Positions 1 through 16,287 of a stretch of DNA of 64,000 bases are shown here, one piece after another. This DNA is from the human T2T-CHM13v2.0 reference genome, Homo sapiens. The stretch is from the NCBI RefSeq assembly GCF_009914755.1, contig NC_060937.1; one strand, 5' to 3'. A model generated the notes under the pieces. That model saw only the letters and a program-made list of their open reading frames with translations, ran no database searches and was not told the origin of the DNA. Positions within the stretch are counted from its first letter, which is position 1, and each line of letters starts with the position of its first letter. Both the position numbers and the translations under genes were made by a program.

Positions 1-1260
1 GTCTCTCTGAAGTAGGAAAAAAAACATCTTTTCTTTGCATTTTTCTGTCTCTATTGCATGGACAGAGTAGTTGGGATTTTTTTTCCTCTGATACTTGTTA
101 TTGTTATTTTATGTTATTGTATTATTTATGTTATGTTATTTTAACATCCTCTCTTCTCAGGCCTTGAGGAGAAGATGATGAAGTAAATAATGGAACCACA
201 AGAGAGTCGGAAACACACACTCTGCGCCACTATGGGTGGAGCAGCTTAACTTAGACAAGCAAGTTAGAAATCATCTATGGCCTTTGGAGTGCAGAATGAG
301 AAGCAGATCGGAAATGACTGGATATGGATGCATTGAGAACATTTATGCATTTCTTGGGTTTTGTTAAACAAGTGTATGTTACGTGTCTATTGCTTTGGGA
401 AGAAAATTAGGAAGAATGGATTTTCTCAGTAAATTCCCTGCAGCACCTAACACATTTTAGTAGACAGGCACTCAATACATGTTTGAGACTAATTTACTCT
501 AAAGATCGAAATATGATATTGACTGAATGGTCAAATTAAATATATAATTAAATATCCAGCCAATTTAAAGTTACACCAAGTAAATCAAGGTATGCAAGTC
601 CCAAAAACTTCATAAGAATTATAGAATTATGATAAAGACATACAATTTTATCAATTAAAAAACTTTTTAAAGAATTTCAGATCAACATTTGATAGGCTAA
701 GACATTCTTTATTTTCATTAAAATACTGAAGAAAATTTAATTAATTTTTTAAATAAATGTGAAATTAAATGTTTACTTTTCAAAACTTGTCATTATTCAC
801 TAAAGAAAATTAATTGTGTCATTATTTCTCATTAGTGGCCCATTTATGTAATGTGACTGGTTGACTTTTCATTTTTAATCTTTGAAAATAATAATGAGTT
901 AAAATTATTTTAAGCACCAAATGCTTACAGTTATAGGTGAAATCATTTACAGAATCTGTTTTATCTGATTCTTTTTAAATAAAACATTAAATAAATATTA
1001 TTCAGTAGTTTCTTCCTAAAACCATTTTATATTCTTTTTATTTTATTTTATTATTATTATACTTTAAGTTTTAGGGTACATGTGCACAATGTGCAGGTTT
1101 GTTGCATATGTATACATGTGCCATGTTGGTGTGCTGCACCCACTAACTCGTCATTTAGCATTAGGTATATCTCCTAATGCTATCTATCCCCCTTCCCCCC
1201 ACCCCATGACAGGCCCCAGTGTGTGATGTTCCCCTTCCTGTGTCCAAGTGTTCTCATTGT

Positions 1261-5089
<3,829 letters not shown>

Positions 5090-5152
5090 TATGATGTTAG
5101 CTGGTTATTTTGCTCGTTAGTTGATGCAGTTTCTTCCTAGCCTTGATGGTCT

Positions 5153-6160
5153 TTACAATTTGGCATGTTTTTGCAGTGGCTGGTATCGGTTGTTCCTTTC
5201 CATGTTTAGTGCTTCCTTCAGGAGCTCTTTTAGGGCAGGCCTGGTAGTGACAAAATCTCTCAGCATTTGCTTGTCTGTAAAGTATTTTATTTCTCCTTCA
5301 CTTATGAAGCTTAGTTTGGCTGGATATGAAATTCTGGGTTGAAAATTCTTTTCTTTAAGAATGTTGAATACGGGCCCCCACTCTCTTCTGGCTTGTAGAG
5401 TTTCTGCCGAGAGATCCGCTGTTAGTCTGATGGGCTTCCCTTTGTGGGTAACTCGACCTTTCTCTCTGGCTGCCCTTAGCATTTTTTCCTTCATTTCATC
5501 TTTGGTGAATCTGACAATTATGTGTCTTGGAGTTGCTCTTCTCGAGGAGTATCTTTGTGGCATTCTCTGTATTTCCTGAATGTGAATGTTGGCCTGCCTT
5601 GCTAGATTGGGGAAGTTCTCCTGGATAATATCCTGCAGAGTGTTTTCCAACTTGGTTCCATTCTCCCTGTCCCTTTCAGGTACACCAATCAGACGTAGAT
5701 TTGGTCTTTTCACATAGTCCCATATTTCTTGGAGGCTTTGTTCGTTTCTTTTTTCTCTAAACTTCTCTTCTCGTTTCATTTCAGTCATTTCATCTTCCAT
5801 CGCTGATACCCTTTCTTCCAGTTGATCGCATCGGCTACTGAGGCTTATGCATTCATCGCGTAGTTCTTGTGCCATGGTTTTCAGCTCCGTCAGGTCCTTT
5901 AAGGACTTCTCTGCATTGGTTATTCTAGTTAGCCATTCATCTAATTTTTTTTCAAGGTTTTTAACTTCTTTGTCATTGGTTTGAACTTCCTCCTTTAGCT
6001 CGGAGTAGTTTGATCTTCTGAAGCCTTCTTCTCTCAACTCGTCAAAGTCACTCTCCAACCAGCTTTGTTTCATTGCTGGTGAAGAGCTGCGTTCCTTTGG
6101 AGGAGGAGAGGTGCTCTGATTTTTAGAGTTTCCGGTTTTTCTGCTCTGTTTTCTCCCCAT
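5153..6160 (-). CDS. LINE-1 ORF1p RNA-binding chaperone, open frame of 335 aa
   Basis: MGRKQSRK start, coiled coil, RLIGVPE, REKG, LQARREW and YPAKLS motifs. In-frame 3-codon loss relative to the 338-aa consensus. Confidence 0.93.
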   Translation of the reverse strand: MGRKQSRKTGNSKNQSTSPPPKERSSSPAMKQSWLESDFDELREEGFRRSNYSELKEEVQTNDKEVKNLEKKLDEWLTRITNAEKSLKDLTELKTMAQELRDECISLSSRCDQLEERVSAMEDEMTEMKREEKFREKRNEQSLQEIWDYVKRPNLRLIGVPERDRENGTKLENTLQDIIQENFPNLARQANIHIQEIQRMPQRYSSRRATPRHIIVRFTKDEMKEKMLRAAREKGRVTHKGKPIRLTADLSAETLQARREWGPVFNILKEKNFQPRISYPAKLSFISEGEIKYFTDKQMLRDFVTTRPALKELLKEALNMERNNRYQPLQKHAKL

Positions 6161-7187
6161 CTTTGTGGTTTTATCTACCTTTGGTCTTTGATGATGGTGA
6201 CGTACAGATGGGTTTTTGGTGTGGATGTCCTTTCTGTTTGTTAGTTTTCCTTCTAACAGTCAGGACCCTCAGCTGCAGGTCTGTTGGAGTTTGCTGGAGG
6301 TCCACTCCAGACCCTGTTTGCCTGGGTATCAGCAGCAGTGGCTGCAGAACAGCAGATATTGGTGAACCACAAATGCTGCTGCCTGATAGTTCCTCTGAAA
6401 GTTTTGTCTCAGAGGAGTACCCAGCCGTGTGAGGTGTCAGTCTGCCCCTACTGGGGGGTGCCTCCCAGCTAGGCTACTCGGGGGTCAGGGACCCACTTGA
6501 GGAGGCAGTCTGCCCATTCTCAGATCTCAAGCTGCGTGCTGGGAGAACCACTACTCTCTTCAAAGCTGTCAGACAGGGACATTTAAGTCTGCAGAGGTTA
6601 CTGCTGCCTTTTGTTTGTCTGTGCCCTGCCCCCAGAGGTGGAGCCTACAGAGGCAGGCAGGCCTCCTTGAGCTGCGGTGGGCTCCACCCAGTTCGAGATT
6701 CCAGGCCACTTTGTTTACCTACTCAATCCTCTGCAATGGTGGGCGCCCCTCCCCCAGCTTTGCTGCCGCCTTGCAGTTTGATCTCAGACTGCTGTGCTAG
6801 CAATGAGTGAGGCTCTATGGGCGTAGTACCCTCTGAGCCAGGTGTGGGATATAATTTCCTGGTGTGCTGTTTGTTAAGCCCATTGGAAAAGCGCAGTACT
6901 AGGGTGGGAGTGACCTGATATTCCAGGTGCCATCTGTCACCCCTGTCTTTGACTAGGAAAGGGAAATCCCTGACCCCTTGAGCTTCCCGGGTAAGGCGAT
7001 GCCTCGCCCTGCTTCAGCTCACGCACAGTGTGCTGCACCCACTGTCCTGCACCCACTGTCCAGCACTCCCCAGTGGGATGAACCTGGTACCTCAGTTGGA
7101 AATGCAGAAATCACCTGTCTTCTGGGTTGCTCACGCTGCGAGCTATAGACTGGAGCTGTTCCTATTCGCCCATCTTGGCTCCACCCC
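6161..7187 (-). promoter_or_regulatory. L1 5'UTR internal sense promoter plus antisense promoter; retains the ~128-bp segment 6291-6418 that younger L1s lack
   Basis: Lies upstream of the ORF1 ATG. The segment between GGAGT repeats at 6286-6290 and 6414-6418 matches the ZNF93-bound region deleted in L1PA3-subset/L1PA2/L1HS. Confidence 0.8.
6736..6810 (+). pseudogene. L1 antisense ORF0 remnant truncated at 24 aa
   Basis: ATG 6736 gives MVGAPPPALLPPCSLISDCCASNE then TGA at 6808-6810. Resembles the ORF0 N-terminus MAGAPPPASLPPCSLISDCCASN. Confidence 0.75.
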
Positions 7188-9183
7188 TATATTCTTATAA
7201 AATTCTTATCCAGATGATTTATCCTTTGCTGATTAAAATGAAGAAGACCATAAGTTTATTGTTAGATTTATATCTGCAACATGAAAGTGAATAAATCAAA
7301 TGTAAATTCTATGTTATATGCAAATGTATTTGATTTATATAATCTAGCAAATTTACCAAGGAAATGTAAGGGTTTGCTACACACACGATATAAAATTTGT
7401 ATTATAAGCCAGCGTACTATCTGAAACACACACACAAAAACATGTTTGCGGTCTCCAAATTGTTTCGTCCTACAAGTATACGTAAATAGCTTTATAGTAT
7501 GGAGAAAGCATTGAAATTTCTGGAATGGAATTTATTCATTTCAATCCACAAAACCAATCTAAATCTCATCCCCTATAAAACCTTCAAACCTAGAATCCCG
7601 AATGTTCTTCAAGGCTAATATCTTGCTTGAAATTCAAATCCTACCAGGATACATATATCCTCTGGATTTGACAGTGTCCTTGTCTTCCTGGCATGACAGG
7701 AAGTCCAATGCTCTCAACATTTTATCTTAATTTTCATACTTTCTCCTCTCTGTGCATTAATTTTGTTCATATTAACTTTAGAGGTAGAGGTGATAATTCA
7801 TTTATTTTAGATGACTTTTAGTTTATGTGTAGCAAGCAATTTCATATTCTATAAAAATTAAAATATTATGATTATAAGACTTTTAGTCAAGAACAAGATT
7901 TATTGTTGGGAGACACTGAAATTATATTACATAACTTTATAGTCATCCAGCCAAAGGGTAGATTAGTTTCATAGATAACTATGTTAATAATACTTTTTAA
8001 TTTTCATATTATTAGTATAACTTTATATTTAGAAGAATTAGTGAACAAAATATTTATCCGTCTTGAGCACAGAGATTTTCTAACTGTCCTACATGAAATC
8101 TTTAGAAAAAAGAATCAAAGCTTTGTAGAACAAATGAATTTATTGAGAAATAAATTGGGCCATGTTTCTACTTTTAAAAATCAAGTTACATTTTAGTAAG
8201 TCTATGAAAACTTTTACCAAAAAAATCCATAATTAGGATGAATATACCAGTAAAACTGGCTCGCTATATTTTTTGGAAATATTTTCTGTTCTTATCAACG
8301 ATGCTTAACAGATATTATAGAGAAATAACAAGAAAAATTGGTAACAAAATAATGGCAAAATATTTAATATGCTTTTATATAGATTAGAAGTATTACTTAT
8401 TTGTTAGTGACACAAGTTCTTTCTGCACTAGCTTTGGCTTGGAAGGTTCAATTTCCAAAGATTTCACATTAGGAAATGTTTCTGATTCTACAAATACTAA
8501 ATTTATAGTAAATATATACAAGAAGGTATGCTTTGTATCCCAACTGAATAATATTGCACTCATCAATTTTTCTCTGATTTTTAAAATTTCTCTTTAATAT
8601 GTTCATCATAAAAGTAGAGGTAAATTAAGTGAGAAGTTGTAGGAGAATTTTGCAACACTGTAAAACACTTCTACATTTTTTGTCCGTGTTTTTCAAATGG
8701 AATCAGAGTGTCATTCTTGTGCCCTCTAATTAAGTAAATATATCATAGTTGTTTTTTAGTGAGTTTCTTGAGGCTGAGACTTAGAATGCTTATTTCACAT
8801 CGAAAGATCAAGGTTATGTCTTACAAAAAACAGGGCTGTTGAAAAGAAGGAAAGGAGGGAGAAAAGGAGGGGAGAAAAGAAAGACGTTCTTATTTCTTGC
8901 CAAAATATGTCTTTTTTCTTACATGGCTACATAGAGTGTTTTAATTTTCTTCCCTCAAATTTATACTCTCATGTGATTTCTATAGATGTCCTCAGAGTAG
9001 CATCTTCCTAACAATTTCCTCCACTATCACATGCCCTGAAAATCTGATGTCTGGAATACTTTACACTACCACATACACAAATGTAGAAAATAAATAACTC
9101 ACTATATTCACATAGAGTGCAACAATTCATAAATATTTGTTCAGAGAGTGAGGGGAACTTTAAAATAAGAATATGGGCTTTGA

Positions 9184-9478
9184 GGCTGGGCACGGTGGCT
9201 CACGCCTGTAGTCCCAGCGCTTTGGGAGGCCAAGGCGGGCGGATCACGAGGTAAGGATATCGAGACCATCCTGGCTAACATGGTGAAACCCCGTCTCCAC
9301 TAAAAAAAAAGAAAAAAAAAATACAAAAAATTAGCCGGGCGTGGTGGGGGGCACATGTAGTCCCGGCTACTCGGGAGGCTGAGGCAGGAGAATGGCGTGA
9401 ACCCAGGAGGCGGAGCTCGCGGTGAGCCAAGATCACGCCACTGCACTCCAACCTGGGCGACAGAGCCAGACTCTGTCT

Positions 9479-9514
<36 letters not shown>
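9184..9514 (+). mobile_element. AluY with expanded middle A-rich linker and 35-nt poly(A)
   Basis: Dimeric Alu with ACCATCCTGGCTAACA and AATGGCGTGAACCC AluY diagnostics. Confidence 0.93.
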
Positions 9515-9516
<2 letters not shown>

Positions 9517-9527
9517 CACAAATTACT

Positions 9528-9820
9528 GGCCGAGCACTGTGGCTCATGCCTGTAATCCCAGCACTTTGGGAGGGCGAGGTGGGCAGATCACAAGTTCAGG
9601 AGATCGAGACCATCCTGGTTAACACGGTGAAACCCCATCTCTACTAAAAATACAAAAAATTAGCCGGGCATGGTGGCAGGCACCTGTAGTCCCAGCTACT
9701 CGGGAGGCTGAGGCAGGAGAATGGCATGAGCCCGAGAGCAGAGGTTGCAGTGAGCCTAGATCGCCTCACTGCACTCCAGCCTGGGCGACAGAACGAGACT
9801 CCGATTCAAAAAAAAAAAAA
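9528..9820 (+). mobile_element. AluY/Sc8-like element, second of a tandem pair
   Basis: GAGATCGAGACCATCCTGGTTAACACGG, AATGGCATGAG and a poly(A) tail. Shows more CpG decay than its neighbour. Confidence 0.9.
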
Positions 9821-10399
9821 GGAATATGGACTTTGAAATTCAGGTCAATATGAGTTGTGTCCTGGAATCCCTACTTAATTCCTGAACGACTGTGACGAAG
9901 TTTATCATTTCCACCACGCTAGTGTAGCAGCATCTATGTCCTCGTGGTTTAATTCTTGTTTTAAGAACAGTATAAAGCCTGGTTCTAAGTAACCATTTGA
10001 TGACTATATAAATGTATAAAGGCACCCCAAAGATATAATCCAAGTAACAAAACAATAGGTGTAGTAACAGATACAACTAAAATTCTATGATCAATATTTC
10101 TAAATGAAGAATCAGAGATTTCTGAAAAGGAACAGCATTCCACAGTTGATAAGACTATGGATCATGAAGGACCCTGAATGATAGATAAGGAGTCTGGCTG
10201 CTTTCTTAAGCAATTTAGTGTACTTTTTAGGTTATTGCCTTCATTTCTACTTTATCTGTGATTTTATCAGGTGCACAAAACCAGCGAGCTGGAGTACTGG
10301 ACAAGGAAAGTGAGGCAGAGAAGGAGAGAGGTGCAATATGAAGATGCATTTCAGGCCAGCTGAAACTGACGGATTGCTCGATTTTGTAGGAACTTTCTC

Positions 10400-12050
10400 C
10401 AAGAACCAACAGAACTACAAGTCAGGCCAGTTGTGTCTAGGAGAAGGAGCGGAGCAAGGTTAATCTACTTCTCCCATGAATCAAATGGATGTCTGAGGCT
10501 CACTGATTCTCTTGAAGTTCCAAGTTTGGCTTGCAACCCTGAACAAAATGAGCCACATCCTTCACCTCCACATCAACACAGAAGCCAGAGCAGTAAGAAA
10601 AGGAGTGCTTTCCTGGCTTTGAAATTGTCCCTGAGACGTTTTGCTGAGATGGTGTAACCACAAGGTCGATGCAGCAAGAATTGCTTTAGGGAGTGGCTAG
10701 GCAGTCGCCTTGCTCCTTGTTTGAACTCTTTAGGAAATGGGAATCTGATTTATGGGATTAAGCTGCTGATATTTAGAGGTTGTTTGCCATTGTAGCATAG
10801 CCTAGTTTAATCCTGACTAATACAGAATTTACACAGGGAATGGAGTGTTATGATAACAAAAAGTCAAAATATATGGCATTGGCTTAGCAATTGGGTTGGG
10901 GCAGTAAGGGAACGGATATTGGAACATAGAAAGATGGCAATCCATTCTTTGCAGAAGCAAAATATTTGGTAAGATTGTTGCCTGCTATGATTTGTGAAGC
11001 AGCATGTGTGTTTAATGAACTTGCCACATTAGGGTGAGACGTCAGAGAATAGACCATTTACAGTGTTCTTTTTGTGCAAATGGCTGTATTTGGCATTATA
11101 TTAAAAGAAGATGTGCATTCAGGAATAAAAAACTGTCTAGATTGAAAACAGATATGAAAGATAATGAAACAATTCTAAAAATTTGGAGAGTTACAGTTTT
11201 AGAATTGATGACGTTTGCACAACAAAACCAGATTAAAACCCAATTTTGTGACAAAGACCAGACTAAGGTGATGGCCTTTACATCTACTGCTAAGACCCCT
11301 TAACAGTTTAAAGTGACTCAGAAAAAAGGCAGGTTGAGCTATACATTTCCTTTAGAAGCTGGATAACCTCAAAGGGGGCTTCTTTAAATTGAGAGAGAAG
11401 TTAGGAGCTGTGAAAGCAGAGTAACGTAACAGATCTAGGAACTATTTGAGAAAGAAATGTTTGTAGGTATGCTTACTGCTGTATGGAACTCACTGAAATC
11501 AGTTTTTTGAGAGAGTTGGACTTCCCAAGAAATTCTGACCCTGGACTACAAAGTCTGTGACTGTTAACAGATTTAGGTGCCTCTTTGTCTCCAACCTTTC
11601 TTGAGCAGGAGGTTGCCTGAGAAATCTCTTAAGCTATCAGGTAGAGTGTATTACCAATACCATTTCTGACATGGTCTTAGAGGATAATAGGAAATAAAGA
11701 AACCTCTGCAGGGTGGAGGCAGGAGCCAGAGAGAAAATTGGAGAAAAGCCTGTCACCTCAATAAAGCAGAATTATTTCTTAATCAAGGGACACCCTTACC
11801 AACCCCCAAGCAGGGGTCCTCACAAAATCTTGCCCAGATAGATTTGAAACTTGCTAGAGACTAGAGACTGCTGTTTGTCTCCTACTCTTTTCTTTCCAAA
11901 TAGAAGTGCTGAATGCAGTTTTCCTGCCCTGTATGGTCATTGTATATTGTATAAATTTGTGTGGTGGAGGGTGGGGAAGGGACGGACAATTTGTCATATT
12001 GTTCTCATCAGAAGTACGTCAGCCAGAGATGCCAAACTTCAATCTCAACA
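10400..12050 (+). mobile_element. MaLR MLT1 LTR (ends ~10824) followed by MLT1-internal sequence
   Basis: LTR end GCATAGCCTAG..CCTGACTAATACA, then internal-like ATATGGCATTGGCTT and GCAAAATATTTGGTAAGATTGTTGCCTGC. Outer limits approximate. Confidence 0.6.
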
Positions 12051-12238
12051 ATATGACGAGATTAAGTTTAAGAATAGAACGTTGGGTAAGAAATTAAATG
12101 CTACAGATTAGCTCAATAGCACTTACATAAAAGTACGGTCTTGGCTACCTTGTCTTCAAAATTCTCTAAGGTCATCAATGCCCTTCTAATTTCTAAATCT
12201 AATCATCTATACAACACCATTCAACTAAAATGTCTTCA

Positions 12239-12672
<434 letters not shown>

Positions 12673-13074
12673 TTAACAACCTTATTATAATAATAATACA
12701 GTTTGTAAAAACAGTACACCCAAATGTATGCATATATGAATGGATTGATTCAGCTATATGAAAGAATCTATTAGTAGTATGAAAATAAATTAAGTAGGTT
12801 AAGAGGGCAGGAGAGACAAGGGGGTTAGGAAATATTTCTTTGAGGCTATGATTTACCACATTTAACACACGATAGCTATCTTAACTGTAACTTTGAAGTT
12901 TGTGACATGACACTTATCTCTTATTTTTTTAATGGAGATTACTTCTCAGGAATTTCCGTAAAATGAAGATAATCTCTACCTCTGTTTTTCCTTAGCATGC
13001 TCTACTTAGAAAATATTGATGAGCTTCTGTTTATCTCCTTTCCTCTCTCCACCTACTCTTTCTGGGCAATTAAA

Positions 13075-13400
13075 TCAATCAATCATTCATTCATTCATTC
13101 ATATATTCCACAAATATTTTTGAACGGCTACTATATGCCAGGCACTGTGTTTGGCTCTGGGGAAGGATTATTTGCTGTTATGGTATTTATAATCGAGCAG
13201 AAGATATGGCTATCAAATAAGCGATTACATGAGTAACTATTTAATTATGATTGTGAGAGATGTAAAAGAAAAAGTAGAGGCTGCTCTGAGAGTGTGTTAA
13301 GGACACCTAGAGAGGATGGGGTAGTTGAGGAGTTTTCTAGACAGAACAACCTTTGCAAAAACCCTGTGGCAGAGAAGAGCCACTCCTGGGCCAGACACCC
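13075..13400 (-). mobile_element. L2 3' end fragment
   Basis: (ATTC)n then CAAATATTTTTGAACGGCTACTATATGCCAGGCACTGTG, the reverse complement of the L2 tail. Confidence 0.65.
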
Positions 13401-16243
13401 TTTAAAGGCAAGAACTGAGAATGCCCCTAATTCCTACTTGCATCTCCAGCACTTACAAAAAATTTGGAACAGAATCAACACTCAACACATTTTTCTTAAG
13501 CAAATACTTTCAGTAATTAGTGAAGGGGAAAAATAAAGCCAGTAAGAAATCTATTGGAACAATTGTGAAATTAGCAAAGAGTACATACAGTAGAATTTAT
13601 ATAACATGACTTGCTAATGAGAATCTGTTAATTCTTTTGTTAGGGGAAAAATATTATTTAAAGACAAGTGTTAACTTTATGAGTAACCCATGTGCTGTAC
13701 AGAACTAAACTAATTCTCAAATTCAAATTAAATTCTCAAGGCTTATAAAATAAATTATTTTTTCTGGCTATCTGAAATGAATGTATGTTAAAAAGAAATA
13801 TGGGCTGGGTTTACTTATGTAGTACTTCTAATATAAAGTTGGGATTTATAGCCTACATTAATTATATAAGCTATAAAACAATAGTTCTGTGCTCTGGCTT
13901 TAAAATTCACTTCTACTCCATAGTAGCAAGAGTTTCTTGTTGTTGTTGGTTCTATTTTTTGTTAAATACATAAAGAGAAAGGATGAATTTGAGATTCCCA
14001 TATTTTCCCAATCTGAGACTTACTTACTACTTTACACTATGTAGTGCAATTTAATTTCAAAAATTTTTAAACACATTCCTTGGTTAATCCTAATCTGGGG
14101 ACACATAGTATAGTTATTTGTATCCTGTGTTAAAGCTGAGTGTTTTACAGATTCCAGCAGAGTTGTATGGGTGCCACGGTAAATCACGATTGCAATTCTA
14201 TCTTCTAAATAGCACTCTGAGTTCTCCAACTCCTGCCGTTCCCATTACCCCATCCTTCAAGGCTCCGAGATCTCCGGGAAAGTGTCCTAATGGATCCTGC
14301 AATTAGTTTTGTTGTCTCAATAATTGGAGTGACTATTTTTTGATACATACACCTATTCCTCCTGATGGAAGCTGGGAACAATTCACTCTGTATTAAAGAG
14401 AAATAGGAAAAGGAATAATATTGAAGTGAGTTAAGAAATGAAAGTAAAAGAAATAGAGGTAATGAGTGTAGATTGAATTTTCAACAAATTTGGCCAGGAA
14501 GGGAAAGAAAATGAGAGATTAAGGGAACCAAGGAACCAAGAGAAAAATGTGCCACTTGTGTCTTAGAAGAGGATCTTAGAAGGGTCTAAAGGAAAGGGAC
14601 AGAAGGCATAGATGAAGGCCTTAGTCTAGGAGAATGGACAGTTAGGCTGAACATTTATCCTGCTGTTAGATGAGAAAAGGGAGAGAAGTGGTAGACGATA
14701 CGGAGACAGTGGAAATTTGAAAAATAACAACATAAGGAAGAACATATTGGATGGCTTTTTACTTTCCCATTTATCTCCTAGTTAGGAGATAAGATTATCT
14801 ACAAAAAAAAATGAAAATTAAAATATATGACCTCTATGACAAAGCGGGTGTTAAAATCTCACTACCTTTATTCTATGAACTGAAGAAAATACATTATTTT
14901 ATTGTAAGGCCAATATCAAACAACTTCTTCAGATGCCTCCCCAGTAAACCTAAGCCAAAATGAGCAAAAACCATTAACATAATTCAATTAAAGATGAATT
15001 ATATGCCTATGCCAATCCCATAGAAAAATAATCATTATAGAAGCCAAGGTCATGGTCAAAGACTTTTGAGTTTAAATTGAAACTTTGCCTAGATCAAATG
15101 TGGGACACTCATAAGGTCATTTAAGATAATTTTTAATGATTATAATAATAGTTAATATATTTTAAAATCTGATTTTGGGATAAGATTTTTCTTCTGAAAA
15201 TACAAAATTATTAATATTTCTTTGATCCAAAAAAATCAAACAACAAATTCTGTATAACAGTGATAATAATAGGTGGTAATAGTATTGTTTAAATTTGCAC
15301 AAATCATTAGAAAAATCTGATTAAAAGGCCAAGCAGTTTAGCATATGGTCATATTTCACATCATAACTGAAATATTATAATTCTATTGTTTATTCTATGA
15401 AAGGTAGCTCCTTCAGGATTATCTTAATGAATAATAAAACTGACTTGATTTTACCCACTACAGTCAACTTTTCTGATTAAAGATTATTAATAACTGTATG
15501 CACAATTGTTCTTTCTTACCCAGACAAAAGTAGCATTCTAACATCATACTTGTATTTTTTAGTTTTATTGGGGTAAAAAGGTACTCTGAACATACAGAAA
15601 AGCTGCAATAGAAAGAAAAAAATGTCAACTATTAAAAAAAACTTTTCATAACATGTAGACCTCAGTAAATCATGTTTTAGAAGAAACAGTACCATTACCA
15701 TTTTATATTATAGTACAGTAGTTTCAACTTAGAACTAGACTCTTTTTAAATAAAAAAGTACAGTACCAACACAAGAATATCTTAGCTAAGTAAAAAATGA
15801 CAATCCATTTTTTTAACTGTAGGAGTTCAGGCTTGTATAAATGTTTCTCAACACATTTACAGGAATACTGTCCTTTGACAAAGGTCTAAAAACGCATGTG
15901 AAAGCCAAACATAATAACATTGTTATTCTGCTACTTATTAACAGAACAACACATCCTATAACAATTAGATATGAATATTGCAAACTGAATTTAATATTAG
16001 CTGTCTTTGAAATGCCACTTTGCAGCAGATTTTCAAAGCTTAAAGCACAGCAGGAGGTTAACTCCATCTTCAAATATTAAATCAAAACCTTTTTTTAACC
16101 TGAGAAATCTTACTGAAAGCAAGGGCTCCTTTTCAAGAGAGAATTAGTCAACTCAAAGGAGAGAAAACTAAGCCTCCCAAGTATTGTTGGCACATAGTCT
16201 GTTTCTACAATGAAATGAAAAGATAGAAAGATTAGAGAGACAG

Positions 16244-16287
<44 letters not shown>
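16244..16287. repeat. (GATA)11 tetranucleotide microsatellite
   Basis: Perfect GATA array read directly. Confidence 0.95.

Noticed and set aside
15872-15885. CTTTGACAAAGG palindrome, also present at ~52354
   Set aside because: A 12-mer recurrence with unrelated flanks is plausible by chance.
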